Assembly (NCBI GenBank): GCA_017544105.1
Contig: JAFYEU010000099.1
Coordinates: forward strand, 763-64,762
Source: Bacteroidales bacterium
Lineage (GTDB): Bacteria; Bacteroidota; Bacteroidia; Bacteroidales; WCHB1-69
DNA: 64,000 bases
Reading direction: 5' to 3'
This document shows positions 37,122 to 43,360 of this stretch, piece by piece; position 1 is the stretch's first letter, and every line of letters begins with the position of its first letter. Below the pieces are notes generated by a model, which saw nothing but the letters and a program-made list of their open reading frames with translations, was not told the DNA's origin and did not search any database. The translations under genes and the position numbers were made by a program.

Positions 37122-37685
37122 TTAGTGGCTTAAGATGGTTTTATAGCGCATGTCGCCGGTGAGGACTGCGTTGATGGGGATGCCTAGGACGGTGGTGGAG
37201 GCACTGCCGCTTGCGATGCTGGTCCATTCCATAATGCCGTCTACCGGTGGTTGGATGGTGGGATGGGACATGCTGACGCTGACACCGAAGTTGATGGGAT
37301 AGTTCCCGATGGTGGTGTCAATGACCATATTGACCGTGTCGTTTTCAAGATGGAGACCGTCAATGTCAACAATACCGTGCAGATAAAGAGCGTCGTTGTT
37401 GCTGATGATCACGCCGTTTTCGACAGCAGGGTCGGATTTCACGGTGACCATTTCAACATCAAGGTCTTTGTCGAGCGGGAAGGAAAACATGCCGAGCACA
37501 TTGATGGAGAGCTCGGTGTGGCGGCTCATCAGGTATTTGCCCAGATAGGGTGTGATGTCAATGGAGGTTTCGTCGGGGTTGTTGTTACCGTTGCCGCCGT
37601 TGCCGCCAGGATTGTCGGGGCCTTGTTCGCAGCCGCACATCAAAAGGGCTACAAGAGTCATGAGGGTGAAGATAGTCTTTTTCAT
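37122..37685 (-). CDS. Hypothetical lipoprotein with Gly/Asn linker
   Basis: Lipobox LLMCGC followed by NPGGNGGNGNNNP. No recognisable family. Confidence 0.55.
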   Translation of the reverse strand: MKKTIFTLMTLVALLMCGCEQGPDNPGGNGGNGNNNPDETSIDITPYLGKYLMSRHTELSINVLGMFSFPLDKDLDVEMVTVKSDPAVENGVIISNNDALYLHGIVDIDGLHLENDTVNMVIDTTIGNYPINFGVSVSMSHPTIQPPVDGIMEWTSIASGSASTTVLGIPINAVLTGDMRYKTILSH

Positions 37686-37787
37686 AATAGATTGAATGAT
37701 TGAGTGATGCTATTTTTATAAGTTCTTTCACGCCATATCTTCAGCCTCTGCGAGATCCATCAAACAGAATCTGAAAATATGACGTGG

Positions 37788-37795
37788 CAAAATTA
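37788..37795 (-). promoter_or_regulatory. Bacteroidota -7 box (taattttg) for the envelope operon
   Basis: The reverse complement of caaaatta is taattttg, about 100 nt upstream of the ATG at 37685. Confidence 0.45.
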
Positions 37796-37974
37796 GAAAC
37801 TTTATCGGAAAGTGTAACATAAAAAAAGACAAAAAATGCACTTTTTCTGGAATCTTTTTCAATCTCTTGCGACATGCTCATAACTAGCTGGTTCGCATGT
37901 GATTGTCTTGGCTTATTCGGAATTGCAGGGCAGAACCTGTTCGGGATGGTTCAGGTATTAAACGAGGTTGTTCG

Positions 37975-38171
37975 GGGAGTAAGTGCAGTTAGGAGTTGTC
38001 AGTTTTCAGTTTGGAGTTAGCAGTTAATGGGGATGGCGGGGGCGTAGTGTGTATGGCGCAGGCCGTAGGTCTGCAGGTTTTGGTAGCCAAGGAGCCGCAC
38101 GGGCCCAATCGCACGCCGGAGGTGTGCGGGCGGTATGTCGGGGCGGGGTGTGCATTGCGGGGGCAAATGTA
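37975..38171. repeat. Left inverted-repeat element (IR-L): heptamer tract + unit + 78-bp GC core + unit + outward-facing -7 box
   Basis: The heptamers agttagg agttgtc agttttc agtttgg agttagc agttaat occupy ~37988-38029. The core at 38061-38138 is the reverse complement of 42858-42935 (74/78 by eye). Nt 38008-38061 are the reverse complement of 41093-41146 (53/54). caaatgta at 38164-38171 gives tacatttg on the minus strand. Confidence 0.85.
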
Positions 38172-38376
38172 GGAATTTTCAGAGACAATAGATTGCTTTA
38201 GATATTATTTTTAGAATTTTCCACGTTGAACTTATAGTTTTAATAAATAAGATGAAAAAATGATGGAAGAATCTTGAATGTACTTGTGTTGATTTTTCCT
38301 TTTAAAAAGGTAATGATATAGATGTTGACCAAAAAAAGACAAATAAGACCGGCATGATGCTCTCTACAATCATACG

Positions 38377-38429
38377 GTGGCACTTCCGTGCCACGAGGCG
38401 CCAATTCCCCTTCTGATTCTCAGAAGGGG
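38377..38429. other. Two adjacent perfect hairpins in a small GC-rich islet
   Basis: Hairpin 1: gtggcac-ttcc-gtgccac (38377-38394). Hairpin 2: ccccttctga-ttc-tcagaagggg (38407-38429). Confidence 0.8.
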
Positions 38430-38582
38430 TGCCCAAAGGGCGGGGTAGTTAATATGGATTATAATTTCTTAATTTTCATGAAAGCTGCGGAGGATATTTC
38501 CTTGTTTCCGCTAGTGTGGGTAATGGCCATATTTCTCTGCTAAGGTATTCATATTTTTTATGTTACTGAACCGACTTTTTTC

Positions 38583-38590
38583 TATCTTTG
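38583..38590 (+). promoter_or_regulatory. Bacteroidota -7 box (tatctttg) inside the island
   Basis: TAnnTTTG match about 160 nt upstream of the lipoprotein gene at 38751. Confidence 0.45.
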
Positions 38591-38750
38591 CACCCGATAA
38601 AAGTGCTACACTTTTTAGTGACCAAATTAGTAAAGTTTTTAATGATTATATACAGCATATAGAGCAATGGAATTACACGGTATCTCAACGACAGCAACGC
38701 CTAGGGGATCTCTACACAGATAAACGTGTCAAACACAAAATGCATCACGA

Positions 38751-39299
38751 ATGAATAAGAGACTATCAATATTGCTGTTTTTAATCTGTCTTTGTGGCTG
38801 CAACCGGATTCCGGACAATCAAAGCATGCTTCTCACACTAACGCATGGGGAATACACTGTAGTGTTAAAGTCTGTGATTGAAAAAAACAATTATGATATT
38901 ATATGGAAAGAGTATGGTTTTTCGTATCCATATATTCTTTCTCAAGAATTGATTTTTTATCATAACGGGAAGCCTCTTAAGAGGCATGTCATACCTGTCC
39001 CTAAACGCCAATTTGTGATTAATAGCAGAAAAGTTCATTTTCTAAAAACACCAATATTTGACATCGAACTGTTGCAGGGAGCAGATAATCTGTATGTGCA
39101 TTTATATGGTGCAAATTATTGTTGTGGTATTTCTTGTCCAGAATTCAATGGCCTATATCTGCTTGACGGAACGATTATTTCAGAATGCATATCCGTTATG
39201 GGTCAACCACTTAATGGGAAGAATATTGACGAAATAGGGGTTGATATCAATAACCCCATAAAACGAAAATCTATGTACACAATATTTAAGCCGCTATAA
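38751..39299 (+). CDS. Hypothetical lipoprotein (candidate orphan immunity protein)
   Basis: Lipobox LICLCGC, AT-rich, and the first gene of the toxin/immunity island. No cognate toxin lies upstream. Confidence 0.5.
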   Translation: MNKRLSILLFLICLCGCNRIPDNQSMLLTLTHGEYTVVLKSVIEKNNYDIIWKEYGFSYPYILSQELIFYHNGKPLKRHVIPVPKRQFVINSRKVHFLKTPIFDIELLQGADNLYVHLYGANYCCGISCPEFNGLYLLDGTIISECISVMGQPLNGKNIDEIGVDINNPIKRKSMYTIFKPL

Positions 39300-39382
39300 A
39301 AACATCTTTGTCTAAGTTAGTTCTTTTTTCGTACTTTCGCTCCATTTAAGATATTTTTCGTACTTGTCACTCCGACAAATAA

Positions 39383-39635
39383 TAATGGCCACTTACCAGT
39401 CATATTATCCTCCTCTCTTCCCCGCGCGAAGCCTTCTCTCCTGCGCCAAACACGCCACATCCGCTCCACCACCCTCAACTGCTCACTGTTCACTGCTCAC
39501 TGTTCACTGGATTTACACCTTCTCCGCCCAAGAACGCGACTCCGAGACGGGATTAAGCTACTTCGGCTCACGGTATTATAGCAGCGACTTGAGCATCTGG
39601 CTCAGCGTGGACCCGATGAGTGACAAATATGCAAG
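39383..39635 (+). repeat. Cassette-head direct repeat, copy 1
   Basis: Homologous to 41031-41297. It carries a conserved ATG, a Pro/Ser-rich GC segment (cccgcgcgaagcc..ctcctgcgccaaacac...), a heptamer tract (actgctc actgttc actgctc actgttc) and then the rhs core coding sequence up to gacaaatatgcaag. Confidence 0.8.
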
Positions 39636-40254
39636 CACTTCTTCATACGCATATTGTAGGAATCAACCCATAATTTTGGTAGATCCTAATGGCAAATTTG
39701 ACACGCGTGCTGAAGCAAGGCAATATCGAAAAGAGCATCATACTGGAGGAAAAATCCACAAGCGATCTGAGAAAGATACTTTTTCGGGTAATTATTTAAT
39801 AGATAACAAAAGAACACGAACGAGTTATACAAAACCGAAAAATCACGATGAATCCGATAGTCCAACTATAGGACTAGACAACGTAGGGGTGGTTTCTTCG
39901 CCAATGATTCTTTACAAACAATCAAATTCCAAAGCAAATAATATACTGTCTTCAGACGCCACTACTTGTCTGCTAATTACATCTGACGATTGGACTGGTT
40001 TTGGAATTGCAGATGATGTTGCAATACCGATAATATTATCAACAGCAATAATCACGGCAGGTGTGATAAAGTTACAGGATTTCATATTAATGTCACAACA
40101 TGGTGTGAACAATGATAAACTCACTACTGATGAAAGAAAGATCCTTGAAGAAAAGGAACGTAATAATACTATCTCGCCTACTGAAAAACAAAAACTGAAA
40201 AAAGACAGAAAAAACAGAGGATTAATACATTCTAGACAAAGTAAGGACAAATAA
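39385..40254 (+). CDS. Orphan RHS-core C-terminal fragment fused to an unclassified toxin-like C-terminal domain
   Basis: The RHS repeat-associated core tail reads YTFSAQERDSETGLSYFGSRYYSSDLSIWLSVDPMSDKYASTSSYAYCRNQPIILVDPNG. A unique ~190-aa tail follows, with one hydrophobic helix (VAIPIILSTAIITAGVI) and a Lys-rich end. I placed the start at ATG 39385, which is conserved with cassette 2. No YD-repeat shell is present. Confidence 0.6.
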   Translation: MATYQSYYPPLFPARSLLSCAKHATSAPPPSTAHCSLLTVHWIYTFSAQERDSETGLSYFGSRYYSSDLSIWLSVDPMSDKYASTSSYAYCRNQPIILVDPNGKFDTRAEARQYRKEHHTGGKIHKRSEKDTFSGNYLIDNKRTRTSYTKPKNHDESDSPTIGLDNVGVVSSPMILYKQSNSKANNILSSDATTCLLITSDDWTGFGIADDVAIPIILSTAIITAGVIKLQDFILMSQHGVNNDKLTTDERKILEEKERNNTISPTEKQKLKKDRKNRGLIHSRQSKDK

Positions 40255-40271
40255 AACAATATATCGATCTC

Positions 40272-40913
40272 ATGAAAAAAAAACAAGAGTCAAATCTTCT
40301 AACTTCTAAAGAACGTATAGCAAACAATAAAGGTGTTTCAAATAAGAAACTAGTGTCCCTTTTGCATAAGATGTCTTATGCTGACTTGGGTGATTATTTA
40401 TTGACAAATAAACAATTTTCAAAGGATAACATTGTTATAATAAAACAATTTATTATAGAACATTTGGACAATCCAAATAGGCTTTTTGTTTCAGATTTAA
40501 TAGATTTTTCTATTATTTACAACATTGAATTGCCTTATAAAAAATGTATTGATTTCCTAAATAAATATGGTGGTGACGATGATTATGTTCAAATGTCATC
40601 CATAGATTACCTTTTTTACAACCTAAAGTGTTCCTTTTTTCCAATAATTATTGAAAGAATGATTCAAATTACAAGCAATCCCAAATCCCATGTAGCTTCT
40701 AGAATACGTTCCGCATTCTTTTTGTATCGACATACTCATCGTGAAAGATTTTTATTGGATTTAGTATCCTTTGTTAAAAGAGATTCCTATTATGAGGATC
40801 TTCTAATGAATTTATTGTCAGTTGAGTATAATTCTATCGAATTTTTCCCTGATTCAAAACGTATTCTTGAACTTATTGGTAGAAAATACCAAATTCAATA
40901 TCATCAACAATGA
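40272..40913 (+). CDS. Candidate cognate immunity protein (cytoplasmic, alpha-helical)
   Basis: Lies 17 nt after the toxin ORF, is AT-rich and has no signal peptide. The call rests on position only. Confidence 0.45.
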   Translation: MKKKQESNLLTSKERIANNKGVSNKKLVSLLHKMSYADLGDYLLTNKQFSKDNIVIIKQFIIEHLDNPNRLFVSDLIDFSIIYNIELPYKKCIDFLNKYGGDDDYVQMSSIDYLFYNLKCSFFPIIIERMIQITSNPKSHVASRIRSAFFLYRHTHRERFLLDLVSFVKRDSYYEDLLMNLLSVEYNSIEFFPDSKRILELIGRKYQIQYHQQ

Positions 40914-40940
40914 ACAACTAGCGCTCTCAGAGTATAATAG

Positions 40941-41917
40941 CCTAGACGTAATAATTATTTTAATACCTTTCTCTTCGACACCCAATCCTATATCTTCAAG
41001 ATGGAGTACGAATACGACTCATACAACCGCATAACAATGAACCCTCACCCACCATATCCCTCCTCTCCCTCCCCCGCGCGAAGCCTCCCTTCCTGCGCCA
41101 AACACACTACGCCCCCGCCATCCCCATTAACTGCTAACTCCAAACTTCTAACTCCTAACTGGTTTTACACCTTCTCCGCCAAAGAAAAGGACGTTGAAAC
41201 CGGCCTAAGCTACTTTGGCTCACGCTATTACAGCTCCGATCTGAGCATCTGGCTGAGCGTGGACCCGATGAGTGACAAATATGCAAGTTTATCGCCCTAT
41301 AATTATTGCGCCAATAACCCGGTGAAGTTGGTGGACCCGAATGGGGAAGAGTGGGAAACTCCTGAAGATGCTAACTATGCACAACATCCATTTCCATAGC
41401 TCAAACGCGACAAAAACAGTATGACCCATCGAGCAGGGAGTATAAACTTTTGCAAGAAGGAATTGATGGATTGATTTCTATGGGTAAGGAAAAGGGGCAG
41501 AAATATACTTTTAACAAGTCATTGCTGGCAACTGGCAATGTGTCCAGACAAGAAAGCGGGACAATAAGTATTAACTACATTGAAGATAATAGTAATGAGT
41601 ATTTGAAAGATGGATCTGCATGGCATGAAGCGTTTCATCTATCTCGTAGAAATGCTTGGAAGACACTGTCCTGCAACGAAAGACGCAATGCCGCTACACA
41701 ATACTGGGGGTTTGATGAGAATGGTTTCTTGTTTAGCGACAACAATTGTGATGAAGAGTATATGGCATATCGGTCCCAGATGGCATTTTCTCCACAAAGT
41801 ATGCCACACCTCCCACTAGGGCAAGTTGACAACAATGAAAGTATTCAATTGTATGTCGCTTCTAAATACAAGAAAGAATGCTGTGACCACAAGTTTCGAC
41901 TTCCATCTATAAAATGA
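40941..41917 (+). pseudogene. Orphan RHS-core fragment + HExxH metallopeptidase-like toxin domain, interrupted by a frameshift
   Basis: YD-repeat end EYEYDSYNRIT, then the core tail FYTFSAKEKDVETGLSYFGSRYYSSDLSIWLSVDPMSDKYASLSPYNYCANNPVKLVDPNGEEW. The frame stops at 41397-41399. Another frame is open from 41375 and continues as ...ISIAQTRQKQYDPSSREYKLLQEGIDGL...SAWHEAFHLSRRNAW... to 41917. Confidence 0.65.
41031..41297 (+). repeat. Cassette-head direct repeat, copy 2
   Basis: Homologous to 39383-39635. Its heptamer tract is ttaactg ctaactc caaactt ctaactc ctaactg. Nt 41093-41146 are the reverse complement of 38008-38061 (53/54). Confidence 0.8.
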
Positions 41918-41927
41918 AGAATAAAAA

Positions 41928-42746
41928 ATGATAAAGAGATTTCTACTGTTTGGGCTATTGACATTCCTATGCATAAATACATTCTCCCAACAAGATAGCG
42001 TGATATTCAAAAGTTTGGGGTCATACTATGTATTCTATGCAGATGGAACATATAAATTGTTTAATATTCCGTGTGACATATGCCCTCCGTATGCTGACAA
42101 CAACAATTTGATCAGTTTTGGGACATATATACCTTTTAAGAAGAAGGCATATTATCTTTATTCTGACAGTACGCTATCCAATGAGGTTAATGTAGTTGTG
42201 TCTGAAAGAACTGATAATAGCCCTAATCTGACTGTTAATATTTCCATGCCGGCTCAAAAAGACAGTTCGAACATGCTTCGGCCCCACTATTTTTACGCTC
42301 TGAGTGTAGATTACAAAAAGATTGACCAAGCTACTGCTGTTGACACGATGACATGGTTTGTTAAAGATTATTATCAGAGCAGTCCTCAGTTTGTACTTCC
42401 AAAAGATTCAAATCTCGCCCCATTGGGTTTTACCATAAGAATCTATCCTAAATCAAAGGTCTCTAGAAGGGCATATGCAGAAGCCAATTATGCTATAAAG
42501 GACAATACAGCCAATGTTTTTGACCTCTCTATTCCACAATTTGTCACAGGCTATCTTGATTATGAACTAATGTATAATTATAGGTTAGACCTATATGGCA
42601 AGAAAATAATAGGTGATCCTTCAACACAGACAGTATATGTGAGAGAGGACATATATAACAAACGAAATTATAGTGATTGGTATTTTCCTGTTCGTCCATC
42701 GTGGGAATACTGGACATTTCCCATATTACAATTGAATCATAAATAG
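41928..42746 (+). CDS. Secreted hypothetical protein (candidate immunity to the metallopeptidase-like toxin)
   Basis: Signal peptide MIKRFLLFGLLTFLCINTFSQQ. It starts 10 nt after the toxin ORF end and is AT-rich. Confidence 0.45.
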   Translation: MIKRFLLFGLLTFLCINTFSQQDSVIFKSLGSYYVFYADGTYKLFNIPCDICPPYADNNNLISFGTYIPFKKKAYYLYSDSTLSNEVNVVVSERTDNSPNLTVNISMPAQKDSSNMLRPHYFYALSVDYKKIDQATAVDTMTWFVKDYYQSSPQFVLPKDSNLAPLGFTIRIYPKSKVSRRAYAEANYAIKDNTANVFDLSIPQFVTGYLDYELMYNYRLDLYGKKIIGDPSTQTVYVREDIYNKRNYSDWYFPVRPSWEYWTFPILQLNHK

Positions 42747-42799
42747 TAAAATATGATAACAATATCCTATTCGACATCCTCTTCGAGACAAAAACATCT

Positions 42800-42962
42800 T
42801 TCCGCGCGAAGACTTACCTTTTGCGCCAACCGCGCTACACCCCTGCCATACGTAGATACATCCCGCCCGCACACCTACGGCGTGCGATTGGGCCCGTGCG
42901 GCTCCTTGGCTACCAATACCTGCAGACCCACGGCCTGCAATATGCGCGCCACACCATCACCC
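42800..42962. repeat. Right inverted-repeat element (IR-R): cassette-head-like segment + unit + 78-bp GC core + unit
   Basis: tccgcgcgaagacttaccttttgcgccaacc... resembles the heads of cassettes 1 and 2. The core at 42858-42935 is the reverse complement of 38061-38138. The element abuts the HMA gene stop at 42965. Confidence 0.85.
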
Positions 42963-42964
42963 TT

Positions 42965-43318
42965 TCAGTGCCTTTCTTCCATCCTGCAACAGGCGGGGAG
43001 CTTGGCACGCACCTTGGGGTCCGCGGGCACTTCGTCGGCGTTGTATCCTAACTTGCTGATCTGCTTGCGCAACTTGTCGGGGTTGGTCTTTCTCCATTGA
43101 TAGCTGATGAAGAGCTTGGAGGTCTGCATGTCGTATTGGCAGTCGGTCACCCCCTTAAAGTAAGGTACATTGGCCATGAATCGGTCGGCGCACTGCTTGC
43201 ATACTCCGTTGGTCTGGATAGTGATGGTGTCAATACCCATTTCGTGTAAACCGCAACTTTGAGCATGGACCATGCAGGTTGCCAGGATGATAAGGCAGGT
43301 GATGAAGATTTTTCTCAT
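42965..43318 (-). CDS. Heavy-metal-associated (HMA)-like domain protein, secreted
   Basis: Signal peptide plus a CxxC metal-binding context (TIQTNGVCKQCADRF). It sits downstream of a TonB-dependent receptor. Confidence 0.65.
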   Translation of the reverse strand: MRKIFITCLIILATCMVHAQSCGLHEMGIDTITIQTNGVCKQCADRFMANVPYFKGVTDCQYDMQTSKLFISYQWRKTNPDKLRKQISKLGYNADEVPADPKVRAKLPACCRMEERH

Positions 43319-43360
43319 GATATGTTCTTTTTGGATAGTGATAACGAGGTGATACTTGTT

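Noticed and set aside
38061-38138. The 78-bp GC core as a fragment of a known structured RNA (group II intron domain V, SRP RNA, RNase P).
   Set aside because: Only short chance resemblances are present (gagccg.., agccaagg). The expected pairing partners are absent, and the sequence occurs twice in inverted orientation.
38560-38754. 64-aa ORF upstream of the island lipoprotein.
   Set aside because: It begins upstream of the only promoter box in the region (38583-38590) and has no recognisable features. It is more likely 5' leader sequence.
37975-42962. The island as an integron, with heptamer units such as GTTAGGA/GTTAGCA as attC core sites.
   Set aside because: The units do not satisfy GTTRRRY. 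There is no intI gene or attI in the window. The cassette boundaries lack the paired R''/L''-L'/R' structure. I kept it only as a loose analogy.
42753-43100. ORFs 42753-43100 and 42821-43051, which span the right inverted repeat.
   Set aside because: They translate the repeat element and the antisense strand of the HMA gene. They have no start context, and the same sequence occurs in inverted orientation at 38061-38138 with stop codons in the corresponding frame.
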